DNA of 64,000 bases, from assembly GCA_002269645.1 (NCBI GenBank), contig NIVC01000114.1, forward strand, positions 124,001-188,000, written 5' to 3'. The position numbers were made by a program, and so were the translations under genes. Source of the DNA: Macrostomum lignano (taxonomy: Eukaryota). Positions 33,742-48,637 of the stretch are shown here, piece by piece; the stretch's first letter is position 1; each line of letters begins with the position of its first letter. Under the pieces are notes generated by a model. It searched no databases, was not told the DNA's origin, and saw nothing but the letters and a program-made list of their open reading frames with translations.

Positions 33742-36103
33742 ATAGATTAGCAATCCATTCTATTCCTGCATTCATATTGGAGAGATAGATTAGCAATCCA
33801 TTCTATTCCTGCATTCATATTGGAGAGATAGATTAGCAATCCATTCTATTCCTGCATTCATATTGATAGATTAGCAATCCATTCTATTCCTGCATTCATA
33901 TTGGAGAGATAGATTAGCAATCCATTCTATTCCTGCATTCATATTGATAGATTAGCAATCCATTCTATTCCTGCATTCATATTGATAGATTAGCAATCCA
34001 TTCTATTCCTGCATTCATATTGGAGAGATAGATTAGCAATCCATTCTATTCCTGCATTCATATTGAAGAGATAGATTAGCAATCCATTCTATTCCTGCAC
34101 TCATATTGAAGAGATAGATTAGCAATCCATTCTACTCCTGCATTCATATTGGAGAGATAGATTAGCAATCCATTCTACTCCTGCATTCATATTGGAGAGA
34201 TAGATTAGCAATCCATTCTATTCCTGCATTCATATTGGAGAGATAGATTAGCAATCCATTCTATTCCTGCATTCATATTGGAGAGATAGATTAGCAATCC
34301 ATTCTATTCCTGCATTCATATTGGAGAGATAGATTAGCAATCCATTCTATTCCTGCATTCATATTGGAGAGATAGATTAGCAATCCATTCTATTCCTGCA
34401 TTCATATTGGAGAGATAGATTAGCAATCCATTCTATTCCTGCATTCATATTGGAGAGATAGATTAGCAATCCATTCTATTCCTGCATTCATATTGGAGAG
34501 ATAGATTAGCAATCCATTCTATTCCTGCATTCATATTGAAGAGATAGATTAGCAATCCATTCTATTCCTGCATTCATATTGAAGAGATAGATTAGCAATC
34601 CATTCTATTCCTGCATTCATATTGAAGAGATAGATTAGCAATCCATTCTATTCCTGCATTCATATTGAAGAGATAGATTAGCAATCCATTCTATTCCTGC
34701 ATTCATATTGGAGAGATAGATTAGCAATCCATTCTACTCCTGCATTCATATTGGAGAGATAGATTAGCAATCCATTCTATTCCTGCATTCATATTGGAGA
34801 GATAGATTAGCAATCCATTCTATTCCTGCATTCATATTGATAGATTAGCAATCCATTCTATTCCTGCATTCATATTGGAGAGATAGATTAGCAATCCATT
34901 CTACTCCTGCATTCATATTGGAGAGATAGATTAGCAATCCATTCTATTCCTGCATTCATATTGAAGAGATAGATTAGCAATCCATTCTATTCCTGCACTC
35001 ATATTGGAGAGATAGATTAGCAATCCATTCTACTCCTGCATTCATATTGGAGAGATAGATTAGCAATCCATTCTATTCCCGCATTCATATTGAAGAGATA
35101 GATTAGCAATCCATTCTATTCCTGCATTCATATTGAAGAGATAGATTAGCAATCCATTCTATTCCTGCATTCATATTGAAGAGATAGATTAGCAATCCAT
35201 TCTATTCCTGCATTCATATTGGAGAGATAGATTAGCAATCCATTCTATTCCTGCATTCATATTGAAGAGATAGATTAGCAATCCATTCTACTCCTGCATT
35301 CATATTGGAGAGATAGATTAGCAATCCATTCTACTCCTGCATTCATATTGGAGAGATAGATTAGCAATCCATTCTACTCCTGCATTCATATTGGAGAGAT
35401 AGATTAGCAATCCATTCTATTCCTGCATTCATATTGGAGAGATAGATTAGCAATCCATTCTATTCCTGCATTCATATTGGAGAGATAGATTAGCAATCCA
35501 TTCTATTCCTGCATTCATATTGGAGAGATAGATTAGCAATCCATTCTATTCCTGCATTCATATTGAAGAGATAGATTAGCAATCCATTCTATTCCTGCAT
35601 TCATATTGAAGAGATAGATTAGCAATCCATTCTATTCCTGCATTCATATTGGAGAGATAGATTAGCAATCCATTCTACTCCTGCATTCATATTGGAGAGA
35701 TAGATTAGCAATCCATTCTACTCCTGCATTCATATTGGAGAGATAGATTAGCAATCCATTCTACTCCTGCATTCATATTGAAGAGATAGATTAGCAATCC
35801 ATTCTACTCCTGCATTCATATTGGAGAGATAGATTAGCAATCCATTCTATTCCTGCATTCACATTGAAGAGATAGATTAGCAATCCATTCTATTCCTGCA
35901 TTCATATTGAAGAGATAGATTAGCAATCCATTCTATTCCTGCATTCATATTGAAGAGATAGATTAGCAATCCATTCTATTCCTGCACTCATATTGAAGAG
36001 ATAGATTAGCAATCCATTCTATTCCTGCATTCATATTGAAGAGATAGATTAGCAATCCATTCTATTCCTGCACTCATATTGAAGAGATAGATTAGCAATC
36101 CAT
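33742..36103. repeat. 43-bp minisatellite, about 55 units (tggagagatagattagcaatccattctattcctgcattcatat)
   Basis: The units are directly visible. Confidence 0.96.
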
Positions 36104-36440
36104 TGTGTCCTACATCAGCTAGGCGAAATATAAAGCTATTTAAAGCTGCGATGATTGCAGCAGAAAGCTTCACTTCAATTTAGGCAAGCTGCCTTTGTGT
36201 TTTCCGTTTTCTGGCAAAATCATTAAAATCCAATTTCCTGGAAAAGCCGGTCATTTCCCTTTCATCGCCACTATAACCAGGTGGCCCTAAGCTGGATGGT
36301 TATTCAACTTTCAAAGAAAGCTAAAACAAAAACTGATTGTAATTAGCAAAATAATCAAGTCCGTTGTCAAAGCGAAGGTGGCCCACTGCAATCGATGGCT
36401 TTCCAACATTTCCATTGGTATGAGTCATCAAGTAATACTT

Positions 36441-38046
36441 TGGGATAGGGAGAGGAGACAATGTGGGATAGGGAGAGGAGAGAGTGTGGGATAGGGAGAG
36501 GAGAGAGTGTGGGATTGGGAGAGGAGAGAGTGTGGGATAGGGAGAGGAGAGAGTGTGGGATTGGGAGAGGAGACAGTGTGGGATAGGGAGAGGAGAGAGT
36601 GTGGGATTGGGAGAGGAGACAGTGTGGGATAGGGAGAGGAGAGAGTGTGGGATTGGGAGAGGAGACAGTGTGGGATAGGGAGAGGAGAGAGTGTGGGATT
36701 GGGAGAGGAGACAGTGTGGGATAGGGAGAGGAGAGAGTGTGGGATTGGGAGAGGAGACAGTGTGGGATAGGGAGAGGAGAGAGTGTGGGATTGGGAGAGG
36801 AGACAGTGTGGGATAGGGAGAGGAGAGAGTGTGGGATAGGGAGAGGAGAGAGTGTGGGATAGGGAGAGGAGACAGTGTGGGATAGGGAGAGGAGACAGTG
36901 TGGGATAGGGAGAGGAGACAGTGTGGGATAGGGAGAGGAGAGAGTGTGGGATAGGGAGAGGAGAGAATGGGGGATAGAGAGAGGAGACCGTGTGGGATAG
37001 GGAAAGGAGAGAGTGTGGGATAGGGAGAGGAGTGTGGGATAGGGAGAGGAGAGAGTGTGGGATAGGGAGAGGAGAGAGTGTGAGATAGGGAGAGGAGAGA
37101 GTGTGGGATAGGGAGAGGAGTGTGGGATAGGGAGAGGAGACAGTGTGGGATAGGGAGAGGAGAGAGTGTGGGATTGGGAGAGGAGACAGTGTGGGATAGG
37201 GAGAGGAGAGAGTGTGGGATAGGGAGAGGAGACAGTGTGGGATAGGGAGAGGAGAGAGTGTGGGATTGGGAGAGGAGACAGTGTGGGATAGGGAGAGGAG
37301 AGAGTGTGGGATTGGGAGAGGAGACAGTGTGGGATAGGGAGAGGAGAGAGTGTGGGATTGGGAGAGGAGAGAGTGTGGGATAGGGAGAGGAGACAGTGTG
37401 GGATAGGGAGAGGAGACAGTGTGGGATAGGGAGAGGAGACAGTGTGGGATTGGGAGAGGAGAGAGTGTGGGATAGGGAGAGGAGAGAATGGGGGATAGAG
37501 AGAGGAGACCGTGTGGGATAGGGAAAGGAGAGAGTGTGGGATAGGGAGAGGAGTGTGGGATAGGGAGAGGAGAGAGTGTGGGATAGGGAGAGGAGTGTGG
37601 GATAGGGAGAGGAGAGAGTGTGGGATAGGGAGAGGAGAGAGTGTGGGATAGGGAGAGGAGAGAGTGTGGGATAGGGAAAGGAGAGAGTGTGGGATAGGGA
37701 GAGGAGTGTGGGATAGGGAGAGGAGAGAGTGTGGGATAGGGAGAGGAGAGAGTGTGGGGTAGGGAGAGGAGACAGTGTGGGATTGGGAGAGGAGAGAGTG
37801 TGGGATAGGGAGAGGAGACAGTGTGGGATAGGGAGAGGAGAGAGTGTGGGATAGAGAGAGGAGAGAGTGTGGGATAGGGAAAGGAGAGAGTGTGGGATAG
37901 GGAGAGGAGACAGTGTGGGATAGGGAGAGGAGAGAGTGTGGGATAGGGAGAGGAGAGAGTGTGGGATAGGGAGAGGAGACAGTGTGGGATAGGGAGAGGA
38001 GAGAGTGTGGGATAGGGAGAGGAGACAGTGTGGGATAGGGAGAGGA
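36441..38046. repeat. 23-bp purine-rich minisatellite (gggagaggagagagtgtgggata)
   Basis: The units are directly visible and are the source of the spurious 549-570 aa ORFs. Confidence 0.96.
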
Positions 38047-38389
38047 GTACATGTACCTGGGCAAGCTTAGTTCCCACACTAATTTTTCACTTTTTATGAC
38101 TGATTAAAAGTGAAAATACAGACCATTAATCATAAGTTTTTTTCTGCATTGTTGTCAAGGCGAATGCCTGCAATTTCTTCAATAAGTACACTGAATCTCT
38201 TACTGAAAACTAATAATCAGATGCAAAACATTCTTGAAGCAGAGCTGTGTCTTAAGACATAATTACAGATGCCAATCACAATGAGTTTTTGTGAGATTAT
38301 AACTCATGCTGTAATTATTGGGACAGAAAAGGTCATTATTCCACTGCAATCAAAATTCGTTAATGAGGCACTGTGTATGTAGACTGTAG

Positions 38390-38970
38390 GTCACTGATTA
38401 GGTTGAGCTGTGAATCACTGATTGAGATGAGTTGTGACTCACTGATTGAGATGAGTTTTGAGTCACTGATTGAGATGAGTTGTGACTCACTGATTGAGAT
38501 GAGTTTTGAGTCACTGATTGATATGAGTTGTGAGTCACTGGTTGAGATGACTTGTGAGTCACTGATTGAGATGAGTTGTGACTCACTGATTGAGATGAGT
38601 TTTGAGTCACTGATTGAGATGAGTTGTGAGTCACTGATTGAGATGAGCTGTGAATCACTGATTGAGATGAGATATGAGTCACTGATCGAGATGAGATGTG
38701 AGTCACTGGTTGAGATGAGTTGTGAGTCACTGCTTGAGATGAGATATGAGTCACTGATTGAGATGACTTGTGAGTCACTGATCGAGATGAGTTGTGAGTC
38801 ACTGATTGAGATGAGATATGAGTCACTGCTTGAGATGAGTTGTGAATCACTTATTGAGATGACCTGTGAGTCACTGATTGAGATGACCCGTGAGTCACTG
38901 ATTGAGATGACCCGTGAGTCACTGATTGAGATGAACACAAAGTCACAGATTGAGATGAGCTATGAGTCAC
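38390..38970. repeat. 24-bp minisatellite (gagtcactgattgagatgagttgt)
   Basis: The units are directly visible. Confidence 0.93.
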
Positions 38971-39524
38971 TAATTGATAACATTCCTCAGGACTTAAATA
39001 TTCGATGCAGTTTCAGCAAGGTCCCCCAATGCGAAAGAGCTTCTGAGAATCAGGATTTCTGCTTCAGAAATGTCTGCTTGCAATAGGACTCAAGCCTCCG
39101 ACGATTCAGAGAAAATTTTTTGATTAAAGCCCAGCAGCTTTTCGGCTACCAGCTGCAGTTGGAAAATTGCCTGCCCGAGGTCATAGGAAATTAAGTCTGC
39201 TGTCATCTGCACGCGATTTCAGCTTTTGAGTACAAATTTTTCTCTAATCGATTGCGTACAAACAAACAACTCATTTTTAGTATATAGGATTGTCGTCTTG
39301 ATTATTATCAATCCCGCCAGCCCTCGTGTCTTCAGTAGGAGAGAGAACGAAAGCTAGAAAAGTTGTTACGTGATTCATCAGTTTTTTCTTCTGCTAAATC
39401 AACGAACTGAATGGGAGGCGGTGGGAGCAGGTGAGGTAACTGGTTGCAGATTATTTAATTGACTTGGAGGACTCAAAAGAAGTTGAGATTACAGAGGGGT
39501 TGAATCTTAAACAAAGGTGGGATA

Positions 39525-41030
39525 GAAATCTCAGAGAGAATCTCAGAGAATCTCACAGAGAATCTCCGAAAGAATCTCCGAGAAACCCACAGAGAATCTC
39601 AGAGAGCTTAGAGAGAATAGAGAATCTCAGAGAGAATCTCCGAAAGAATCTCAGAGAATCTCACAGAGAATCTCAGAAAGAATCACAAAGAGAATCTCAG
39701 ACAGAATCTCGGAAAGAATCTCAGAGAGATTCTCAGAGGGAATCTCACAGAGAATCTCAGAGAATCTCACAGAGAATCTCACAGAGAATCTCACAGAGAA
39801 TCTCACAGCGAACCTCTCAGCGAATCTCAGAAAGAGTCGCAGAGAGAATCTCCGAGAGAATCTCCGAGAGAATCTCAGAAAGAATCTCCGAGAGAATCTC
39901 AGAGGGAATCTTAGAGAGAATCTCAGAAAGAATCTCAGAGAGAATCTCCGAGAGAATCTCAGAGAGAATTTCAGAGAGAATCTCACAGGGAATCTCTGGT
40001 GAGAATGTCAGAGAGAATCTCAGAAAGAATCACAAAGAGAATCTCAGACAGAATCTCGGAAAGAATCTCAGAGAGATTCTCAGAGGGAATCTCACAGAGA
40101 ATCTCAGAGAATCTCACAGAGAATCTCACAGAGAATCTCACAGAGAATCTCACAGCGAACCTCTCAGCGAATCTCAGAAAGAGTCGCAGAGAGAATCTCC
40201 GAGAGAATCTCCGAGAGAATCTCAGAAAGAATCTCCGAGAGAATCTCAGAGGGAATCTTAGAGAGAATCTCAGAAAGAATCTCAGAGAGAATCTCCGAGA
40301 GAATCTCCGAGAGAATCTCCGAGAGAATCTCACAGAGAATCTCAGAGAGAATCTCAGAGAGAATTTCAGAGAGAATTTCCGAGAGAATCTCAGAGAGAAT
40401 TTCAGAGAGAATCTCACAGGGAATCTCTGGTGAGAATGTCAGAGAGAATATCAGAGAGAATCGCACAAATAATCTCACAGAGTCTCACAGAGAACCTCAC
40501 AGAGAATCTCAGAAAGAATCTCACAGAGAATCTCAGAAAGAGTCGCAGAGAGAATGTCACAAATAATCTCACAGAGAATCTCACAGGGAATCTCAGTGAG
40601 AATCTCACAGAAAATCTCGGAGAGAATCTCATAGAGAATCTCTAGAGAGAATCTCAGAGAGAATATCAGAGAGAATCGCACAAATAATCTCACAAAGAAT
40701 CTCACAGAGAATCTCAGTGAGAATCTCACAGAAAATCTCGGAGAGAATCTCATAGAGAATCTCTAGAGAGAATCTCAGAGAGAATATCAGAGAGAATCGC
40801 ACAAATAATCTCACAAAGAATCTCACAGAGAATTTCACAGAGAATCTCAGAAAGAATCTCAAAGAGAATCTCAGAAAGAGTCGCAGAGAGAATGTCAGAA
40901 ATAATCACAGGATAATCTCACGGAGAATCTCAGAAAGAATCTCAGAAAGAATCTCAGAGAGAATGTCAGAGCGAATCTCTGGAGAGAAACCCAGAGAGAA
41001 TTTCAGGGAAAATCTTAGAAAGATTCTCAG
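39525..41030. repeat. 12-bp-based minisatellite (agagaatctcag/c) with larger internal duplications
   Basis: The units are directly visible; the block at about 39650-39990 recurs at about 40000-40420. Confidence 0.92.
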
Positions 41031-41394
41031 AGAAAATAAAATCAGACACGGAAAGTCGTATCAGTCGGATCCCATGAAGACACTCAAAAGTTGAGGACTT
41101 GAATGCTAGTAAATATTAAGCAATAAAGTACCTTTGATGTCTGAAAATTTTCGAGAGCAAATTTTAAGCTCGTGGTCCAGCTTCCTGTCATTAGAAGCTG
41201 ACTCGCTCTTGACTGTCCCCTCTTATTCTGTATTCTGTAATACTGAGCTCTAGCTTGATGCGGTGAATTTCGTTGAGCAGCCTTTTGATCTTTCATTCAT
41301 CGTGTCTAGATAAGATTGAAATGTACTTTAGCTTCTTCTCTTCCATGAGATTGAGCTTCTTTCGCAACCACACGCTCATTACTATCTTTTCTCT

Positions 41395-42090
41395 ACCCTA
41401 CTTCTCTACTCCTCTATCCTACTCTCTGCTTTTCTACTCTACTTCTTTACTTTCTACAGTAATCTCTACTTTTTTACCCTACTCTCTACTTCTCTACCCT
41501 AGTCTCTACTTCTCTACCTTAGTCTCTACTTCTCTACCCTAGTCTCTACTTCTCTACCCTAGTCTCTACTTCTCTATCCTAGTCTCTACTTTTCTACCCT
41601 AGTCTCTACTTCTCTACCCTAGTCTCTACTTCTCTACCCTAGTCTCTACTTCTCTACCCTACTCTCTACTTCTCTACCCTACTCTCTACTTCTCTACCCT
41701 AGTCTCTACTTCTCTACCCTAGTCTCTACTTCTCTACCCTAGTCTCTACTTCTCTACCCTAGTCTCTACTTCTCTACCCTACTCTTTACTTCTCTACCCT
41801 AGTCTCTACTTCTCTACCCTAGTCTCTACTTCTCTACCCTACTCTCTACTTCTCTACCCTACTCTCTACTTCTCTACCCTAGTCTCTACTTCTCTACCCT
41901 AGTCTCTACTTCTCTACCCTACTCTCTACTTCTCTACCCTAGTCTCTACTTCTCTACCCTAGTCTCTACTTCTCTACCCTAGTCTCTACTTCTCTACCCT
42001 AGTCTCTACTTCTCTACTCTACTTATATACCCTACTTCTCTACTTCTCTACCCCATTTCTCTACTTTTCTGCCATAGTCTCGACTTCTCT
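41395..42090. repeat. 20-bp minisatellite (ctctacttctctaccctagt)
   Basis: The units are directly visible. Confidence 0.93.
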
Positions 42091-42749
42091 ACTCTACCTG
42101 TCTAAACAACCTGTAGAAATGAATTCATGCTCATCAGCTCACAGAATCAGCTGAAGTTACAGTGCAACTCATACCGAACTCAAACAGCTCATTAGACCGT
42201 CTAGAATGAGCTCAAATCTGCGCGTGACTCTTGTTCAATTCAGTTAATTAATTTTCACTCTCATCTTGTAGCAGACAGCCGGGTTACAGAAATTTCTTCT
42301 TCTTCGCAAAATCCCCCCACCGCCCAGTCTCTGTTTTTAATCCGCAGTTTATCCCCCGAATCGGGCTTAGCTATTCGAAATCTGATTTCAACTCATCTTG
42401 AGCTAGAATCGATGAAGCTCAAATGCCTGTTAATCAGCAGCACGGATATCATTTTTCATGTCGGCTCGGGTTGGATAGGAGGCGGGAGTCATCATCTTTC
42501 ATTCCGGAATGATCCAGCTAGCTCTTCCGAGTCCTTTAGGGCAGCTGGAGGGGAAGAGAGAGAAAGAGCGAGTAAAAAATAGGGGCATTATCATCCACGT
42601 TAATTTCCGCCCCAAATCCCTGCAGGCGTCAAAGCAGACGGGCTTAAATTGCTGTTTATTGCTGTCTTGTAGAATTAATTGAAGACAAGCTTTTGAATAA
42701 CTGCTTTTTGCTTTGACTTTGATAGATAGGCAGTTAGACAGGGAGGGAG

Positions 42750-44260
<1,511 letters not shown>

Positions 44261-44691
44261 GAGTGCAGGTCTGTAGCAAAGCAAGACGGATTGCAACATC
44301 GGACAGAGCCACACAATGAATAGCAGCTTCAGTATATATTTGCTTTATTTTCTACAGCACTTCTCTAACATTTGGGGACAAATAACGCAAGCTTACTTTA
44401 CAACTAAACGATACAGACCTTTAAGTACACAGACGAAACAGTGAATAAATATAGTCTGGTAATTCAAATTTCATACAGTGTGTCAATTTTAACAAACATT
44501 TACAAAAATAACACAGGATCACGAGAAGTATTTTTTATACAGAATCACGAAGGTTGTGCCGTAATGTACTGACTGCGTGAAGCCCATAACACTGACTGTC
44601 AAAATTAGTAAGGATGACTTCAAGGACTACTAGCTTACTGAAACTAGTAGTCCTTGAATCACTTTTGACAAAAGTACTCAACGACATGTGA

Positions 44692-45117
44692 AAACACTGA
44701 CTCCCCAGCAACAGGTGTGGGATTGAGAACACTGACTCCTCATCAACAGGTGTGGGATTAGAACACTGACTCCTCATCAACAGATGAGTGTGGGATTGAG
44801 AACACTGACTCCCCATCAACAAGCGTGGGATTGAAAACACTGACTCCCCATCAACAGGTGTGGGATTAAGAACACTGACTCCTCATCAACAGATGAGTGT
44901 GGGATTGAGAACACTGACTCCCCATTAGCAGCTAAGTGTGGGATTGAGAACACTGACTCCCCATTAACAGCTAAGTGTGGGATTGAGAACACTGACTCCC
45001 CATTAACAGCTAAGTGTGGGATTGAGAACACTGACTCCCCATTAACAGCTAAGTGTGGGATTGAGAACACTGACTCCCCATTAACAGCTAAGTGTGGGAT
45101 TGAGAACACTGACTCTT
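44692..45117. repeat. About 39-bp minisatellite (aacactgactccccattaacagctaagtgtgggattgag)
   Basis: The units are directly visible and end about 30 nt from the nuclear receptor stop codon. Confidence 0.9.
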
Positions 45118-45145
45118 CATCATGAGACTTGAGACATGAACAAAT

Positions 45146-45460
45146 TTAGCCACTACTAGCCAGAATGTTCTCAAGGTGCTCAAGAATGAGCTTCCAACAG
45201 TCAGCCAGCTCCCTGTGCAGCAGAAACAGTTGCTCCCGCCGGGTGGCACTCGGACAAATCTTGATCAGCTGACTGAGGAATCCGCTTTGCAGTTCCCGGA
45301 TCTGCGGCATGCCCGCCCACTGCAGGTGCTGCGGTGGGTCGAGCAGGAAGATGGGCCTGAGCAGCAGCAGCTCTGAGTAGGAAACCCTCAGCTCCGTGGC
45401 GTACTGGCACAGCGACACCAACTTCTTGAACAGCCGTCGTGAACAGAAATTTGTGGTCAC
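45146..45460 (-). CDS. Nuclear receptor exon 3 (C-terminal LBD, stop)
   Basis: The acceptor is tttgcAG|GTGACC (phase 0). It reads VTTNFCSRRLFKKLV...YSELLLLRPIFLLDP...LILEHLENILASSG*. Confidence 0.8.
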   Translation of the reverse strand: MTTNFCSRRLFKKLVSLCQYATELRVSYSELLLLRPIFLLDPPQHLQWAGMPQIRELQSGFLSQLIKICPSATRREQLFLLHRELADCWKLILEHLENILASSG

Positions 45461-45766
45461 CTGCAAACGGATTATTGAAAAAAATTGATTGAGGTAAAAA
45501 TTGCATGCACTCTTATAATTGTAGCCATGAATCCATCTTTGCTTTTCTTTTTAAAGACAATTTTTTTACAAACAGTTACAAATTTTCTACAGCTAAATTT
45601 TTTGGTAAATTGTTGCAGAATTTAATTGCGACTGATTGGTAACATGGAGAGAGATTGAATATGAATTGACTTTTTATCCTCAAATTGAAATAAATTTCTC
45701 TTTGAGAGCAGAATTTTATTTGCCAAATAGTAATTGCGGTGAGACTGGCTGCTCCAAGGCTAAAGT

Positions 45767-46377
45767 TCCCCGAGTTCCACCTGGTCATAGCTACTGTCCC
45801 CGAGTTCCATCAGGTCATAGCTACTGTCCCCGAGTTCCACCTGGTCATAGCTACTGTCCCCGAGTTCCATCCGGTCATAGCTAGTGTTATCATAGTTCCA
45901 CCTGGTCATAGCTAGTGTTATCATAGTTCCACCTGGTCATAGCTACTGTTCCGAGTTCCATCCGGTCATAGCTACTGTCCCGAGTTCCATCCGGTCATAG
46001 CTACTGTCCCCGAGTTCCATCCGGTCATAGCTACTGTCCCCGAGTTCCATCCGGTCATAGCTACTGTCCCCGAGTTCCAACCGGTCATAGCTACTGTCCC
46101 GAGTTCCATCCGGTCATAGCTACTGTCCCGAGTTCCACCTGGTCATAGCTACTGTCCCCGAGTTCCACCTGGTCATAGCTACTGTCCCCGAGTTCCATCA
46201 GGTCATAGCTACTGTCCCCGAGTTCCATCCGGTCATAGCTACTGTCCCCGAGTTCCATCCGGTCATAGCTACTGTCCCCGAGTTCCATCCGGTCATAGCT
46301 ACTGTCCCCGAGTTCCATCCGGTCATAGCTACTGTCCCCGAGTTCCATCCGGTCATAGCTACTGTCCCCGAGTTCCA
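45767..46377. repeat. 30-bp minisatellite in nuclear receptor intron 2 (ggtcatagctactgtccccgagttccatcc)
   Basis: The units are directly visible. Confidence 0.95.
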
Positions 46378-46394
46378 GACCACCGATTGACTAC

Positions 46395-46785
46395 CTGGTG
46401 CAGGCTGAAGTTGGAGCTGAATCTCAGGTAGCCCTGATATGGCAGCGAGTTGCAGATCACCTGGAAGCAGAGCAGCTTGGTGCCGTTGGCTCTGATCAGG
46501 GCCGACTGGTCCGTAGACTTCAGAGCACTGAAGCCGGATAGATCCTTGCACCAGCGGATCAGCTCGCCTACGAAACCCTCGATGAGGCAGAGCCAGGCGT
46601 CCACATCGCGATTCTGTGATGCCGAGCCAGAGAAGCTGGCGGCCTGAGGGCGGCCTGTGAGGTTCAGCTGCAGCATCCGGATGTCGATGTTGCACAGGTG
46701 GTACAGGTATGGGTTGGTGTACAGCTGCAACTCAATCTGTTGCTGCTGTTGCTGCTGTTGTTGGGGCTCCGCATGAATGAAAGAC
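46395..46785 (-). CDS. Nuclear receptor exon 2 (hinge plus LBD signature)
   Basis: The acceptor is cctgcAG| (phase 2) and the donor cag|GTAG (phase 0). The LBD signature IRWCKDLSGFSALKSTDQSALIRAN matches the W(A/C)Kx(L/I)PGFxxLxxxDQxxL(L/I) consensus. Confidence 0.85.
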
Positions 46786-46835
46786 CTGCAGGGATCCTGG
46801 GTGTGAGGATGAGATTGAGGCTTTAGATTGACGGA

Positions 46836-47092
46836 TGAGATAGATTAGCAATCCATTCTCATTGTGCGAGAGACAGATTAGCAATCCATTCTAATCAGGT
46901 GAGAGATAGATTAGCAATCCATTCTAATCAGTTGAGAGATAGATTAGCAATCCATTCTAATCAGTTGAGAGATAGATTAGCAATCCATTCTAATCAGGTG
47001 AGAGATAGATTAGCAATCCATTCTAATCAGGTGAGAGATAGATTAGCAATCCATTCTAATCAGGTGAGAGATAGATTAGCAATCCATTCTAC
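46836..47092. repeat. 33-bp minisatellite in nuclear receptor intron 1 (gagagatagattagcaatccattctaatcaggt)
   Basis: The units are directly visible and share a 23-nt core with the 43-bp array at 33742-36103. Confidence 0.93.
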
Positions 47093-47430
47093 CTAGATTG
47101 CTGCTGCTGCTGCTGCTGCTGCGGGAGTCCCGACTGTGCCGGCAGTCTCGTCGTCGGCGGTGGTGGAGGCGGCGGTGGCGGCGGCATCTGGCCGGGTGCT
47201 CCGCTGACTCCTTCGGGCCGCATGCCCGCCAGCAGGCAGCGATTCCAGCGGCACTGGCGGCACTTGGTTCGATTCTCCACCCCAGCCAGCTGGCAGTTGC
47301 CCGCCTCCTGGCAGCGGTACTGCAGGTTCTCCGTCACGGTTCTGCGAAAGAAGTTCATGCAGGCTGAGCAGGTCAGCACCCCGTAGTGCAGCGAGGCACC
47401 TGCGGACCGGCACACGACGCAGACAGCTGA

Positions 47431-47475
<45 letters not shown>

Positions 47476-47568
47476 ACCCGGTGACAGCTGATTTGTCGAT
47501 GCTAGCAAAACTGCAGAAGATGACGGATTCGAACTCGGGACCGTCATTAGCGGCTGATGGCAGGACAT
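47093..47568 (-). CDS. Nuclear receptor exon 1 (poly-Ala, C4 zinc-finger DBD, poly-Pro/Gln); the full 3-exon CDS is 1182 nt, 393 aa
   Basis: The ATG at 47568 is in a gccATG context. The DBD reads CVVCRSAGASLHYGVLTCSACMNFFRRTV...YRCQEAGNCQLAGVENRTKCRQCRWNRCLLAGM. The donor ag|GTAG is phase 2, and all three exons join in frame. Confidence 0.9.
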
Positions 47569-47924
47569 GGCTAGTATATAGTTGGAGGGATTTCAAATGA
47601 TTCAGAGTATCCCAGCTTTGTTTGCTCAGCTGAAAAGATCTCAGGGTTCTCTGCTAAAGTATTTTAAACTCGGTTCTTTCCAAGCCATTTTCATTGGCTG
47701 GTTTTTGGACTCCGGCTGGGCGCTCCGCCATTGGCTGGGAGGCATCGGATGTTTATTTGGGATTAATATTTTTCTTAATCTCTGATTTTGGATTTTAAAC
47801 AAGATAAGACAGTCACGTTGGACTGAGTAGAAGACTGAACATTGACTGTCAGCCTCAAATCCATGCTCACATGGCGCCTCAAATCCATGCTCACATGGCG
47901 CTTTAAATCCATCATCATTTGGAG

Positions 47925-48637
47925 CCTCAATTGCAAATCCTCATTTGGAGCCTCAAATCCAAATCCTCATTTGAAGCCTCAAATCAAAATCCTCATTTGA
48001 AGCCTCAAATCCAAATCCTCATTTGAAGCCTCAAATCCAAATCCTCATTTGAAGCCTCAAATCCAAATCCTCATTTGAAGCCTCAAATCCAAATCCTCAT
48101 TTGAAGCCTCAAATCCAAATCCTCATTTGAAGCCTCAAATCCAAATCCTCATTTGGAGCCTCAAATCCAAATCCTCATTTGAAGCCTCAAATCAAAATCC
48201 TCATTTGAAGCCTCAAATCCAAATCCTCATTTGAAGCCTCAAATCCAAATCCTCATTTGAAGCCTCAAATCCAAATCCTCATTTGAAGCCTCAAATCCAA
48301 ATCCTCATTTGAAGCCTCAAATCAAAATCCTCATTTGAAGCCTCAAATCCAAATCCTCATTTGAAGCCTCAAATCCAAATCCTCATTTGAAGCCTCAAAT
48401 CCAAATCCTCATTTGAAGCCTCAAATCCAAATCCTCATTTGAAGCCTCAAATCCAAATCCTCATTTGAAGCCTCAAATCCAAATCCTCATTTGAAGCCTC
48501 AAATCCAAATCCTCATTTGAAGCCTCAAATCCAAATCCTCATTTGAAGCCTCAAATCCAAATCCTCATTTGGAGCCTCAAATCCAAATCCTCATTTGGAG
48601 CCTCAAATCCAAATCCTCATTTGAAGCCTCAAATCCA
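47925..48637. repeat. 26-bp minisatellite (gaagcctcaaatccaaatcctcattt)
   Basis: The units are directly visible. Confidence 0.95.

Noticed and set aside
36367-38079. Long ORFs (up to 570 aa), and similar ORFs at 38360-40860, 43228-44316, 51679-56600, 59135-59970 and 61389-62500
   Set aside because: They are stop-free by-products of minisatellite periodicity, open in several frames and strands, with no non-repetitive domain.
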